Source of the DNA: Candidatus Polarisedimenticolia bacterium
Lineage (GTDB): Bacteria > Acidobacteriota > Polarisedimenticolia > Gp22-AA2
Reading direction: 5' to 3'
Length of the DNA stretch: 45,143 bases
NCBI GenBank assembly: GCA_050747445.1
Contig: JBOGOE010000313.1
Location: 1-45,143, forward strand
Position 1 is the stretch's first letter. Each line of letters begins with the position of its first letter. Both the position numbers and the translations under genes were made by a program. The notes under the pieces are model-generated. The model had not been told where the DNA came from, made no database searches, and saw only the letters and a list, made by a program, of their open reading frames with translations. Below are positions 1-9,016 of this stretch, in pieces.

Positions 1-261
1 CCCGCGGGCGGCGCGAAAGGCGGCCTCGATGGCGCGGGCGTCGGCGCGGCTGGAGAACGTCACGTCCGGGAGGACCAGCACCGGCACCGTGTCGCCGTAG
101 CGCGCCTCGAGCCCCGCATCCCCGCCGATGTCGATGATTCGGAGCGCCGCTCCGTGCCGCCGCGCCGCGCGCGCCGCTGCCCGATGCATCACGAAACAGA
201 GGGGGCACAGAGCGCGCGTGTAGAGGACCGCCACGGAACCGGGGTGGGCCGCGTCCCTCAT
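1..261 (-). CDS. glutaredoxin-like thioredoxin-fold protein (C-terminus runs off the window)
   Basis: Minus-strand ATG at 259-261 opens MRDAAHPGSVAVLYTRALCPLCFVMHRAAARAARRHGAALRIIDIGGD... The CPLC redox motif follows a short beta strand, as in small glutaredoxin-like proteins. ATGA overlap with the VanZ stop. Absent from the ORF track because there is no stop inside the window. Confidence 0.55.
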   Translation of the reverse strand, partial: MRDAAHPGSVAVLYTRALCPLCFVMHRAAARAARRHGAALRIIDIGGDAGLEARYGDTVPVLVLPDVTFSSRADARAIEAAFRAARG

Positions 262-650
262 GCCGTCCTCCGTCCCGTGAACAGACGCCCCGCGAGATAC
301 AGTCCCAGCAAGCCCATGCCCGCACCCGCGGCGTCGGCCAGCACGTCGCGATAGTCGGCGAACCGGTCGGGGACGAACATCTGGTGCACCTCGTCCAGCA
401 CCGCGTACGCCACGCAGAGGAGGAAGGTCAGCGCCAGCCATCCGGGCGGGGCGGGGCGATCGAACCCGTCGTTCAGGGCCCGGGCGAGGAGGATCGCCAG
501 TCCCATGTATTCCAGGGAATGGCTGGCCCAGTCCGGCGTGCCCCCGGCCCAGGAGACGTCCGAGAGGGAGGACAGATAGAAGATGAGTCCCAGATAAAGG
601 ACGACGGGACCCCAGTTGCCGATCCTGTGGAGGATCCCCCGCCGCATCAC
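258..650 (-). CDS. VanZ-like membrane protein
   Basis: 130-aa ORF with four hydrophobic helices and a LDEVHQMFVPDRFADYRDVLADAAG motif typical of the VanZ family. GTG start overlaps the upstream stop. Confidence 0.7.
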   Translation of the reverse strand: MMRRGILHRIGNWGPVVLYLGLIFYLSSLSDVSWAGGTPDWASHSLEYMGLAILLARALNDGFDRPAPPGWLALTFLLCVAYAVLDEVHQMFVPDRFADYRDVLADAAGAGMGLLGLYLAGRLFTGRRTA

Positions 651-826
651 CGCAGGGGGAACGGGTACATGACGTAGGCGAGGATCAGGGAAAGGACGAT
701 CATCGAGCCGCCGAGGATCATGATGACGCGCATCCGTTCGCGCCCGGCGGGCTGGGTCAGGAAGGCGAAGAACACCGAGACGAGCGCCGAGAAGGCAACC
801 AGGTTCAGAAAGTGGCTCCGGATCAC
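647..826 (-). CDS. hypothetical small membrane protein (59 aa, two predicted helices)
   Basis: Hand-translated, below the 60-aa cut-off of the ORF track: GTG at 826, VIRSHFLNLVAFSALVSVFFAFLTQPAGRERMRVIMILGGSMIVLSLILAYVMYPFPLR, TGA at 647-649. It exactly fills the gap between two co-directional genes, and its stop overlaps the VanZ GTG start. Confidence 0.35.
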   Translation of the reverse strand: MIRSHFLNLVAFSALVSVFFAFLTQPAGRERMRVIMILGGSMIVLSLILAYVMYPFPLR

Positions 827-836
827 CGGGCCCCCG

Positions 837-1313
837 TCATTCCTTGCGTCCCGCGGCGATGTCGAACGCGTCCAGGATGAGCAGCAGGTTCATCAGCCCG
901 GCGGTCAGGAGGAACGTGTTGCCGTACTCGTAGGTGACGCTCTTGACGCGCTCCCGGAGGCGTCCGAGCAGCGCGACGCGCCGCGGGTCGTCGTCCCGCT
1001 CCGGCAGCCGGTAGGCGATCGTCCCGTAGGTGCGCATCCGGGCGTACAGGTCGATCGGCCCCAGCGCGAGATTGTCGAAGGTCGCGAGATACGTGAGCGG
1101 CTGGCGCGCGTCGATGAGCGAGGCGGCGCCATCGGACGCCAGACCCAGGCCGTACGACGCCATCACCACGGCGAAGAAGACGGCCGCCCGGCGTTTCTTC
1201 CCCAGGACGAGGTGCCCCAGACCGGGCAGGAGCCATGCGAGAACACAGGGAACGACGGCCGCAGACCTTCCGCGGACGGGGATCCGGGCCTGCTCGAGGA
1301 CCGTGTCGGTCAC
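837..1313 (-). CDS. hypothetical membrane protein with LPGLGHLVLGKKRR motif (TM2/DUF6677-like)
   Basis: 158-aa ORF. GTG start lies 4 nt after the rplI stop, preceded by AAGGAG. Hydrophobic helices at both ends and a GxGH..G motif. The family name is from memory only. Confidence 0.55.
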   Translation of the reverse strand: MTDTVLEQARIPVRGRSAAVVPCVLAWLLPGLGHLVLGKKRRAAVFFAVVMASYGLGLASDGAASLIDARQPLTYLATFDNLALGPIDLYARMRTYGTIAYRLPERDDDPRRVALLGRLRERVKSVTYEYGNTFLLTAGLMNLLLILDAFDIAAGRKE

Positions 1314-1317
1314 GCGG

Positions 1318-1761
1318 CTACTCCTTGACGACCCAGACCTTGACCTCGGCCCTGACCTCGGCGTGCAGCTTGACGGGCACGTTGTAGATCCCCAGGCTCT
1401 TGATCGGCTCCACCAGCTGGATGCGGCGGCGATCCACCTGGATCCCCTCCTTCTCCAGACCCTCGGCGATGTCCCCGGAGGTCACCGAGCCGTAGAGGAC
1501 GTCGTGCTCGCCGACCTTGCGGACCAGGGTCAGGGACACCCCGGCAATGCGCTGCGCCAGGGTCTCCATCTCCCCCTTTTCCTTCGCCACCCGCTGGACG
1601 TACCGGCGCTTTTCCTTCTCGATGACCTTCAGGTTGCCGTCGGTCGCGGCCAGCGCCTTTCCCTTGGGCAGCAGGAAGTTCCTGGCGAAGCCGTCCGCCA
1701 CCTTGACGACCTCGCCGCGGCGTCCCAGCTTCTCGACGTCCTCTCTCAGCACCACGCGCAT
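1318..1761 (-). CDS. rplI: 50S ribosomal protein L9
   Basis: 147 aa. MRVVLREDVEKLGRRGEVVKVADGFARNFLLPKGKA is the canonical bL9 N-terminus. Confidence 0.95.
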   Translation of the reverse strand: MRVVLREDVEKLGRRGEVVKVADGFARNFLLPKGKALAATDGNLKVIEKEKRRYVQRVAKEKGEMETLAQRIAGVSLTLVRKVGEHDVLYGSVTSGDIAEGLEKEGIQVDRRRIQLVEPIKSLGIYNVPVKLHAEVRAEVKVWVVKE

Positions 1762-1789
1762 GCTCGCCTCCCGCAGCGATGGGTCCGGG

Positions 1790-2071
1790 TCAATCCGACG
1801 TGAAGGGCAGAAGCGCCAGGGTCCGGGCCCGCTTGATGGCGATCATCAGCTTGCGCTGGTGCCTGGAGCAGGTCCCGGAAATCCGGCGCGGGAAGATCTT
1901 GGACCGCTCCGGCGTGAACCCCTGGAGCAGGCGCAGATCCTTGTAATCGATGAATTTGACCTTCTCGTCGCAGAACTTGCAGAACTTCTTCTTGCGAAAC
2001 AGGAACTTCTTCTTGAACGGCTTGCGGCGGGCCCCGTCCCTCGAGCGGCCCCCCGACTCCCTGGGTTCCAT
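1790..2071 (-). CDS. rpsR: 30S ribosomal protein S18
   Basis: 93 aa. The basic N-terminus and [36 protein letters not shown] match bS18. Confidence 0.95.
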   Translation of the reverse strand: MEPRESGGRSRDGARRKPFKKKFLFRKKKFCKFCDEKVKFIDYKDLRLLQGFTPERSKIFPRRISGTCSRHQRKLMIAIKRARTLALLPFTSD

Positions 2072-2086
2072 GGCGCCTCCGTCTCC

Positions 2087-2455
2087 TCAGACCTGGATCG
2101 CGGACTCCGGAACGCTGTCGTCGCGCTCGGGCCGCGGTTTCATCATCGGCGAGGGCTGAAGCTGGGCCTCGCTCTCGACCCGCACCGTCTGGTGGCGCAG
2201 GATCCGATCGTTCATCCGATACCGCCGCTCGATCTCATGCACCAGGGACGGGGGGCACTCGACGATCATGAGCACGTAGATCGCTTCGTCCTTGTGGAGA
2301 ATCGGATAGGCCAGCCGGCGCTTGCCCCACTTCTCGATCTTCATCACCTTGCCGCCGGCTCCCGTCACGAGCTGGTCGCAGGTCGCAATCAGCCCGTCGA
2401 CCTCTTGGTCCGTCAGGGTCGCCTCGGCGAGAAAAATCGTTTCGTATTGTAGCAT
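2087..2455 (-). CDS. rpsF: 30S ribosomal protein S6
   Basis: MLQYETIFLAEATL...KWGKRRLAYPI is bS6-like. I prefer ATG 2455; the ORF-track GTG at 2461 would overlap the pth stop. Confidence 0.9.
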   Translation of the reverse strand: MLQYETIFLAEATLTDQEVDGLIATCDQLVTGAGGKVMKIEKWGKRRLAYPILHKDEAIYVLMIVECPPSLVHEIERRYRMNDRILRHQTVRVESEAQLQPSPMMKPRPERDDSVPESAIQV

Positions 2456-2457
2456 CG

Positions 2458-3063
2458 TCACGCTCCTGTCCCTCGGTCCGGTCCCGGTGCGTCCGGACGT
2501 TCCCTGCGGTTGTACCGGTTCATCGCCTCCGGCAGTCCCTCGCGCAACGCCGTTTCCGCGGCGTCGGCCGCGCGCGTCACCATCACCCCCACCGCCTCCC
2601 GCTCGCTCCGGCGGAACGGCTCCAGGACGAACGCGGCATGCGGCACGCCCTCCCCCGGCGGTCCCACCCCGAGCCGCAGCCGGGGAATCTCCACGCTGCC
2701 CAGGGCCTCCAGGATCGAGCGGAGTCCGTTGTGCCCCCCGTGGCCGCCACCCGGTCGCAGCCGGATGGTCCCGAGATCGAGGTACAGATCGTCGCAGGCG
2801 ACGAGCAGGTCCGCCGGCCCGCAGTCCGCCTCCCGCAGGAGCGCCGCCGCCGCTTCGCCGCTCCGGTTCATGAAGGTCAGCGGCCGCGCGACCATGACGT
2901 CCATCCCGCCGAGCCCGGCCACGGCCACCAGGGACCGGCCCCGCCGCGCCACGCGTCCCGCCCCGTGCCGGCGCAGGAACTCCTCGGCGACGAGGAATCC
3001 CGCGTTGTGCCGCGTCGCCGCGTACTCGTCGCCGGGATTCCCGAGGCCCAGGAGGATCTTCAC
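2458..3063 (-). CDS. pth: peptidyl-tRNA hydrolase
   Basis: GTG start. MKILLGLGNPGDEYAATRHNAGF and GGHGGHNGLRS motifs. Confidence 0.95.
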   Translation of the reverse strand: MKILLGLGNPGDEYAATRHNAGFLVAEEFLRRHGAGRVARRGRSLVAVAGLGGMDVMVARPLTFMNRSGEAAAALLREADCGPADLLVACDDLYLDLGTIRLRPGGGHGGHNGLRSILEALGSVEIPRLRLGVGPPGEGVPHAAFVLEPFRRSEREAVGVMVTRAADAAETALREGLPEAMNRYNRRERPDAPGPDRGTGA

Positions 3064-3079
3064 ACCGCCCTCCCGGGGC

Positions 3080-3808
3080 CTATTTCTTCGGCTCGGGCTT
3101 CTTGGCGTCCTTCTTGCCGCCCTTGTCCTCGTCCTCGGCCGCCGCTTCCTCCCCCTCGACCGCGGCCTTCCCTTTCTTGATGACCTCGGGCTCGGCCGGC
3201 GCCGCCGCCACCGCTTCCACCCCCGGCGCGGGTGTCACTTCCTCCTTCGCAGGCGGCTCCACGACCACGAGGGTCACCTCGGGCTCCGTCAGGATCCGGT
3301 ACCTGTCGCTCTTCGCCAGGTCGGCCACCCGGATGGAGTCACCGATCTTGAGCGGCGTGACGTCGATGACGATGTGCTCCGGGATGTCCCCCGGCAGGCA
3401 CGCGACGCGCACCGCGCGGGTCACGTGATCGAGAATGCCTCCGTCCAGCTTGACACCCGCCGCTTCGCCGCTCGACTGGATCGGCACCTCGACTTCGATC
3501 ACCTCGTCCATCCGGATGCGGACCAGGTCCGCGTGGATCAGCCGTCCCTTCACCGGATCGACCTGGTACTCCCGGATCATCACGTGACGGCGGGCGTCCT
3601 GTCCCGGAAGGTCGATCTCGAAGATGGTGTTGACCCCCGAGTCCGAGCGGAGGATTTCGAGAAGGCGCTTCGGATCGACCGCCACGGGCACCGCGTCGTG
3701 TTTGGCGCCGTACACGATGCCCGGGATGAGTCCCGCACGGCGCAGGCGGCGGGACGGGTTCTTCCCGAGCTGCGGCCGCGGTTGAACTTCGACGACCAGG
3801 TTTTTCAT
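3080..3808 (-). CDS. rplY: 50S ribosomal protein L25 / general stress protein Ctc
   Basis: 242 aa. RRLRRAGLIPGIVYG N-terminal motif, a two-domain Ctc-type length and a Lys/Glu/Ala-rich tail. Confidence 0.9.
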   Translation of the reverse strand: MKNLVVEVQPRPQLGKNPSRRLRRAGLIPGIVYGAKHDAVPVAVDPKRLLEILRSDSGVNTIFEIDLPGQDARRHVMIREYQVDPVKGRLIHADLVRIRMDEVIEVEVPIQSSGEAAGVKLDGGILDHVTRAVRVACLPGDIPEHIVIDVTPLKIGDSIRVADLAKSDRYRILTEPEVTLVVVEPPAKEEVTPAPGVEAVAAAPAEPEVIKKGKAAVEGEEAAAEDEDKGGKKDAKKPEPKK

Positions 3809-3836
3809 GACGGCATCCCTCGACCCCGGCGCCCCC

Positions 3837-4793
3837 TCACACGAACAGGGAGCTGACGGAAGAATTGGTGTGAATCCGTTTCATCGCTTCGGCCAGCAGA
3901 CCTGCCACGGAGAGGACCGTGATGCGGGCCGCCTTGCGCTTGTCCTCGGGGAGCGGCACGCTGTTGGTCACCACGGTCTGCGACAGCTCGGAGGCCCGGA
4001 TCCGCTCGATCGCCGGACCGGAGAGCACCGCATGGGTGAAGCAGCCGTAGATGGCGGCCGCGCCCTTCTGATTCAGCGCCTGGACGGTCCCGGTGAGCGT
4101 GCCGGCCGTGTCGACGATGTCGTCGACGATGACGCAGTTGCGGCCGCGCACCTCGCCGATCACGTGCACCACCTGCGGCTCCCCCCGCTCCCCGCGCCGC
4201 TTGTCGATGATGGCCAGGGAGGCATTGAGTCGCTTGGCATAGGCCCGCGCCCGTTCGACGCCGCCGGCGTCCGGCGACACGATCACGAGCTCCCGGAGCT
4301 TCAGCTTCGCCACGTGATCGATGAGCACGGGGGCGGCGAACAGGTGATCCACCGGGATGTCGAAGAAGCCCTGGATGGCCGGCGCGTGCAGATCCACGGT
4401 CAGGACGCGGTCCGCTCCGGCGGTGGTGATCAGATCGGCGACCAGCTTGGCGGAGATCGGCACCCGCGGCTTGTCCTTGCGGTCCTGGCGGGCGTAGCCG
4501 TAGTAGGGGAGAACGGCCGTGATCCGGGCGGCGGAGGACCGCTTGAACGCGTCGAGCATCACGAGGAGCTCCATCATGTTCTGGTCGACCGGCGGGCACG
4601 TCGGCTGGAGGACGAACACGTCGGTGCCCCGCACGTTCTCCAGGATCTGGCAGTAGGCTTCGCCGTCGGTGAACCGGCGCAGCTCGATCTGCCCGACCGG
4701 GATGCCGAGCGCCGCGCCGATCTCCGCCGCCAGGGCCGGGTGCGCGGTTCCCGTAAAGAGCTTCAGCTGGCTGTCCGACGCGCTCCCCTTCAT
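3837..4793 (-). CDS. prs: ribose-phosphate pyrophosphokinase
   Basis: ATG 4793 (MKGSASDSQLKLFTG...). PYYGYARQDRK and VIVDDIVDTAGTL PRPP-binding motifs. The ORF-track extension to 4958 reads through tRNA-Gln and is rejected. Confidence 0.95.
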   Translation of the reverse strand: MKGSASDSQLKLFTGTAHPALAAEIGAALGIPVGQIELRRFTDGEAYCQILENVRGTDVFVLQPTCPPVDQNMMELLVMLDAFKRSSAARITAVLPYYGYARQDRKDKPRVPISAKLVADLITTAGADRVLTVDLHAPAIQGFFDIPVDHLFAAPVLIDHVAKLKLRELVIVSPDAGGVERARAYAKRLNASLAIIDKRRGERGEPQVVHVIGEVRGRNCVIVDDIVDTAGTLTGTVQALNQKGAAAIYGCFTHAVLSGPAIERIRASELSQTVVTNSVPLPEDKRKAARITVLSVAGLLAEAMKRIHTNSSVSSLFV

Positions 4794-4825
4794 CCCACGC
4801 TCTCCCCGTCCGGCCCGGCCCCGGG

Positions 4826-4896
4826 TTGGGGCGGGAGGATTCGAACCTCCGGTCCTGGATCCAAAGTCCAGTGTCTTACCACTTGACGACGCCCCA
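4826..4896 (-). tRNA. tRNA-Gln (anticodon UUG)
   Basis: Reverse complement is TGGGGCGTCGTCAAGTGGTAAGACACTGGACTTTGGATCCAGGACCGGAGGTTCGAATCCTCCCGCCCCAA. 7-bp acceptor stem, anticodon stem CTGGA/TCCAG with loop CTTTGGA, T-arm GGAGG-TTCGAAT-CCTCC. CCA is not fully encoded (followed by CCC). Confidence 0.9.
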
Positions 4897-4923
4897 ACAG
4901 CGGTCCCCGGGCGAAGCGGTTTT

Positions 4924-5277
4924 TTAGGCAGGCGTGCGGCCGTCCGGGGCGGGATCACGGTCCGAGGCGACGGACCGGTCGCCGGACTCTCCGGCCTCCG
5001 GCCCTGGTGACGCGGCCCCGCCGTGCGCGATCACCTCGCGATACCTTGCCAGCACCTTGTCCTCGATCTTCTTCCGCGTCTCGTTGTTGAGCGGATGGGC
5101 GATATCGCGGAAGGTCCCGTTCTTCCGCTTCTTGCTGGGCATCGAGATGAACAGCCCGTTCGTCCCGTTGATGATCTTGATGTCACTGACCACGAAGCAG
5201 TCGTCGATGATGATGGAAACGAACGCTTTGAGCTTGTCCTCGTCGACGGGAAAGACGCGGACCTCGGTGACCTCCAT
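4924..5277 (-). CDS. spoVG: septation/regulatory protein SpoVG
   Basis: MEVTEVRVFPVDEDKLKAFVSIIIDDCFVVSDIKIINGTNGLFISMPSKKRKNGTFRDIAHPLNNETR is the SpoVG core, followed by a roughly 35-aa disordered tail. Confidence 0.9.
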   Translation of the reverse strand: MEVTEVRVFPVDEDKLKAFVSIIIDDCFVVSDIKIINGTNGLFISMPSKKRKNGTFRDIAHPLNNETRKKIEDKVLARYREVIAHGGAASPGPEAGESGDRSVASDRDPAPDGRTPA

Positions 5278-5307
5278 GGCCGGCGCTCCCTTTTCGGGCG
5301 CTCCGAT

Positions 5308-6207
5308 TCAGGCGAGTCCCAGGTGCCTGCGGTACTCCTGCCGGCCGAGCGGCGCGCAGCGCCAAGCCCTGTACCCGTCTGCTTCCATCGTCCGGGCCGC
5401 GCGCGTCAGGCGGTCCGCGTCCCGGAAGATGCCGAAGACCGCGGAACCGCTCCCGGTCATGGCGGCCGCCGTGGCCCCGCAGCGCCTCATCCGGTCGCCG
5501 ATCGCCCCGATGGCGGGACAGAGCTCGCGCGCGCAAGGCTCCAGATCGTTCCCGACGCGCACCCACTCCTCGACACCCCGCGGGGTCGCCTCCGTCAGAG
5601 TGGGGTCAAAGCGCGTCATCCTACTGATTTTCCGGGTTGCTGTCAACGACGCGTCGTACGCCTCATAGACCGTCCGCGTGGCGAGCGGGGTCCCCGGGAA
5701 GACCAGGAGGACCTGGTAGTCCAAGGTCTCCGGCAGGGGCCGGACGGCCTCCCCCCTCCCCCGCAGCAGGGCCGTGCCCCCCACCAGGAAATAGGGGACG
5801 TCGGCGCCGAGAGGGGCCGCCAGCTTCATGAGTTCCGTCTCCGCGGCCGCGAGACCGAGCACCCGGGCCCCTCCCGCCAGGGCCGCGGCCGCATCGCTGC
5901 TCCCCCCTCCGAGACCCGCCCCGGCGGGGATCCTCTTCTCCAGCCGGAAACGCAGCCCCTGTGAGGGACCCGCCGGGCGCGGCAGGGCGGCCGCCGCCCG
6001 CAGCACCAGGTTGCTCCGGTCGGTCGGAAGGGAGGGGTCGTCCGTGGTCAGGACCGTCTCCGTCCCGGTGGCCTCGAGGATCAGGGTGTCGTGCAGGCTG
6101 ATGGTCTGGACCACGGAGACCATCTCGTGGAACCGATCGGGGCGTCGGCCGAGGACGCGGAGGTTGAGGTTGATCTTGGCGTGGGCCCGGAGGGTGAGAC
6201 GGCTCAC
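5308..6207 (-). CDS. ispE: 4-diphosphocytidyl-2-C-methyl-D-erythritol kinase
   Basis: GTG 6207 gives VSRLTLRAHAKINLNLRVLGRR... and the GHMP motif IPAGAGLGGGSSDAAA. The GTG overlaps the upstream TGA (GTGA). The 554-aa ORF-track version is an artefactual N-terminal extension. Confidence 0.9.
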   Translation of the reverse strand: MSRLTLRAHAKINLNLRVLGRRPDRFHEMVSVVQTISLHDTLILEATGTETVLTTDDPSLPTDRSNLVLRAAAALPRPAGPSQGLRFRLEKRIPAGAGLGGGSSDAAAALAGGARVLGLAAAETELMKLAAPLGADVPYFLVGGTALLRGRGEAVRPLPETLDYQVLLVFPGTPLATRTVYEAYDASLTATRKISRMTRFDPTLTEATPRGVEEWVRVGNDLEPCARELCPAIGAIGDRMRRCGATAAAMTGSGSAVFGIFRDADRLTRAARTMEADGYRAWRCAPLGRQEYRRHLGLA

Positions 6208-7034
6208 CGCTCCCGGTCCGCGACGGAGCCTGCGAGGCCCGGGGCGGAGAGGGACAGCCGGAGGGGTTTCCGATCGAACCCGTCCGGGATGACCGGCGTG
6301 AAGCTCGACTCGGGGATCTCGCCGGGGGCGGGACCTTCCAGCGCCTCGAGACGCACGGTGGTCTCCTCGCGCAACCGCAGGCGCAGAAGGCGTGGCCAGC
6401 GTGGCCCGCCTCCCTCCGCATAAGCGCCGTACTCGACGCGAAGGATGATAGCACCGCTCAACGGATCGCGGACGGTCGCCTCCCGGAGCGGACCGCCGCG
6501 CTCCGAGGCCAGCGCCAGGTAACGGACGTCGTTCGGCGGGCAGTCCACCTCGAACCAGGCGTGCGTCCGCCCGAAGGTCGCGGCCGGACGGGTCATGACC
6601 TGCTGCAGCGCCGTCTCCTCCGCGCAGAAGGGCCGGGCAGTCAGGAGCGCCACCAGATGATGGGTCCTGAGCGGAAGCCCGAGGAGACGATCGAGGCCCT
6701 CGGGGCCGGCGGTCGCGCGATCGAAAACGCGCTCCGCCGGCAGGATGAGGACCGCTCCGGCGGTATCGGCGGCGAACACCACGCGCGCCCCGCCGGCCGG
6801 TCCGAGGAACTCCAGCCGCAGGCGATCGGGCGGCAGCAGGGCGGCGGCGAGCCGGAACCGGGTCTTCCCGTCCGGTCCCTCGGCCTCGCCGCGAAACAGG
6901 GCCCGATAGCCGGGACCGGCGGGAGACGCGGGCTCCAGGGATCGGGGGGCTCGCGTGGCGCAGGCCGGCCACAACAGGGCCAGGAGACCGGCCGCCACCG
7001 GGACGAAGCGGCCCGCGCGCCGCCCCCGCCTCAA
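6204..7034 (-). CDS. outer-membrane lipoprotein, LolB/DUF4292-like (putative)
   Basis: TTG 7034 overlaps the TPR-gene TGA (TTGA) and gives (M)RRGRRAGRFVPVAAGLLALLWPAC, a basic n-region, hydrophobic core and lipobox-like Cys. RLRLEFLGPAGG and the position directly upstream of ispE resemble lolB. The function is an inference. Confidence 0.55.
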   Translation of the reverse strand: MRRGRRAGRFVPVAAGLLALLWPACATRAPRSLEPASPAGPGYRALFRGEAEGPDGKTRFRLAAALLPPDRLRLEFLGPAGGARVVFAADTAGAVLILPAERVFDRATAGPEGLDRLLGLPLRTHHLVALLTARPFCAEETALQQVMTRPAATFGRTHAWFEVDCPPNDVRYLALASERGGPLREATVRDPLSGAIILRVEYGAYAEGGGPRWPRLLRLRLREETTVRLEALEGPAPGEIPESSFTPVIPDGFDRKPLRLSLSAPGLAGSVADRER

Positions 7035-9016
7035 GGGGCGGCTCCCAGGCGGACGCGCAGCTCCTCCATCTTGCCGCGCAACCGCTCCGGCTCCTCGTGC
7101 CCGCGCTCGAGGGCGGTGCGCCATTCGCGCAGGGCCTCCTCGAGGCGGCCCGTCTTCACGAGGAGGTCCCCCAGGTGCTCCCGGATCATCGGGTCGCTGT
7201 CGTCGGCCCGCAGCGCCGCACGCAGGTTCTGCTCCGCCGGGCCGTACTGCGACAGCTTGAACTGCGCCCACCCCAGGCTGTCGAGGTAGGCGGGATTCCC
7301 GGGCTCGATCGCCAGGGCCCGATTGAGGAACCCCACCGACTCGTCGAGCCGCTCGCCGCGATCCGCCAGCATGTAGCCGAGGTAGTTCAGGGCCATGGCG
7401 TTGTTCGGATTGATCCGGACGGCGCGATCGAGGGCGACCAGCGCCTCCCTCGCCCTGCCGAGACGCTCGAGCGCCGCGCCGTGGGCGAACTGCAGCGCGT
7501 CGTTGCCCGGATGTCGCCGGGTCGCCTCCCCCAGGACTTCCGCCGCCAGCCGGTGGTGCCTGCGGCGCAGCAGCGATTCCCCCACGCGCGCGAACGACTC
7601 GGCGCTACGATCCCCCTCCTTGAGCAGACGGTTCCAGGCGGCGCGCGCCTCGGTTTCGCGTCCCTGCGACAGCAGGATCTCCACGCCGAAGGCCGCGAGA
7701 TCCTCGCTCCCGGGATGCCGGCGGGAGGCCTCCTCCAGGACCTTCCGCGCCTCCGCCGTCTCGCCCCCCTCGAGACGGGCGCGCCCGACCAGCAGGAACA
7801 GCTCCGGATCGGGATCCTCCACCGCCTCGAGCGCCGCCTCGAAGGCCGACGCCGCGTCGCCATACCTCCGCGCCGCCATCTCCAGGAGGCCGATCTGAGT
7901 GTAGGTGAGGGTCAGCACGATCGCCTCGCGTTCTCCGATCGGCCCGCGCGCCCCGGCCGCCTCGACCAGGTCCCGGTAGGCGGCGAGGGCCGCCGCCGCG
8001 CCGTCGCGGCGCTGCAGCATGCGGGCCCGGTGGAAGCGGGCTTCGAGATGGTCGGGCGCCAGAGCGGCCACCCGATCGAAGGCCGCAAACGCCTGGTCGG
8101 TCTGCCCCGCGCCGTCGTAGGCCTGCCCCAGCGCCAGAAGCCCGCGCGGGTCGTCCGGCTCGAGGCGCCGCCCTTCCTCCAGGTGGCGCACCGCCTCCGG
8201 AGCGCGACCCGCGAGCAGGTGCAGCGTGCCGATCCGATCGTGCACGTAGGCGCTCCCGGCGGCCCCGTGCGCCAGCAGGATGGTATAGACCGCGATCGCC
8301 TCGTCGTACCTCTCCTGGTGCTCGTACAGGGCCCCCAGGGCGTCCGCCACCTCGAGGCTGCCGGGGGCGCGGGCCGCCAGGTCGGCGAGGATCTCCTCGG
8401 CCTCCGCGAGACGCCCGGTGCGGAGCTCGGTCTTCCCCAGGATCAGCAGGAGCGCGGGGTCGAGACCCCGGACCCGCGCGAACTCGCGCAACAGCGCGCG
8501 CGTCTCCTCCAGCCGGCCGGACTGGTAATAGACCTCGGCGAGGGCGCGGCAGGCCTCCGCGTCCTCCGGGCGGAGCCGCAGGGCCGCCCGGTAGTGACCG
8601 ATGGCCCGCTCCAGCTCCGCCCCCGGCTCGCGCCGCCCCCGCGCCTGCGACAACGCGACATCCCCGAGGAGCCTGCGCACCTCGACGTCGTCGGCGCCCA
8701 AGGCGACGATCCGTTCCCCCAGGGCCGCGGCCCCCTCGAGGTCGTCGAGGGAGTAGCGCAGGCGCGCGAGCTCCAGGAGAAGGGCCGGCGACGCATCGCG
8801 CGCCGCTGCGCGCTCCAGCTGCTCCAGGGCGGCACGGTAGTCCCGCTTGAGGAGCGCCTGTTGCGCCAGCGAGTACAGGTAGTAGGCCTCCTGCCGGACC
8901 GGTTCCGGCACGGGCGGACCGGCCGGTGCCCCGGTCGCCGCGGAGCCGGCCGACGCATCGACCGCGGCAAGCCGGGCCGCAAGCAGGAGCGCGCCGGCCG
9001 ACCCCCGGCGGATCAT
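7031..9016 (-). CDS. secreted tetratricopeptide (TPR) repeat protein
   Basis: 661 aa. N-terminal signal-like MIRRGSAGALLLAARLAAVDA, then reiterated roughly 34-aa Ala/Leu/Tyr-rich repeats (..A...Y..AL.L.P...). Confidence 0.8.
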   Translation of the reverse strand: MIRRGSAGALLLAARLAAVDASAGSAATGAPAGPPVPEPVRQEAYYLYSLAQQALLKRDYRAALEQLERAAARDASPALLLELARLRYSLDDLEGAAALGERIVALGADDVEVRRLLGDVALSQARGRREPGAELERAIGHYRAALRLRPEDAEACRALAEVYYQSGRLEETRALLREFARVRGLDPALLLILGKTELRTGRLAEAEEILADLAARAPGSLEVADALGALYEHQERYDEAIAVYTILLAHGAAGSAYVHDRIGTLHLLAGRAPEAVRHLEEGRRLEPDDPRGLLALGQAYDGAGQTDQAFAAFDRVAALAPDHLEARFHRARMLQRRDGAAAALAAYRDLVEAAGARGPIGEREAIVLTLTYTQIGLLEMAARRYGDAASAFEAALEAVEDPDPELFLLVGRARLEGGETAEARKVLEEASRRHPGSEDLAAFGVEILLSQGRETEARAAWNRLLKEGDRSAESFARVGESLLRRRHHRLAAEVLGEATRRHPGNDALQFAHGAALERLGRAREALVALDRAVRINPNNAMALNYLGYMLADRGERLDESVGFLNRALAIEPGNPAYLDSLGWAQFKLSQYGPAEQNLRAALRADDSDPMIREHLGDLLVKTGRLEEALREWRTALERGHEEPERLRGKMEELRVRLGAAP

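Noticed and set aside
2072-2086. Absence of ssb between rpsF and rpsR
   Set aside because: The rpsF-ssb-rpsR arrangement is common but not universal. A missing gene here is ordinary lineage variation and does not signal a new feature.
4897-4923. Plus-strand GC-rich segment followed by TTTTTT that looks like a terminator
   Set aside because: No stable stem forms: the flanking AGCGGT copies are direct repeats, not inverted. No plus-strand gene ends here, and on the coding (minus) strand the run is an A-tract preceding the tRNA.
4794-4958. N-terminal extension of prs in the ORF track (start at 4958)
   Set aside because: The extension is translated straight through the tRNA-Gln gene. ATG 4793 gives the normal Prs N-terminus and length (318 aa).
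6208-6972. N-terminal extension of ispE (554-aa ORF-track version)
   Set aside because: The extension overlaps the lipoprotein gene in another frame and is Arg/Pro/Gly-rich. GTG 6207 gives a normal 299-aa IspE that starts just before the AKINL motif.
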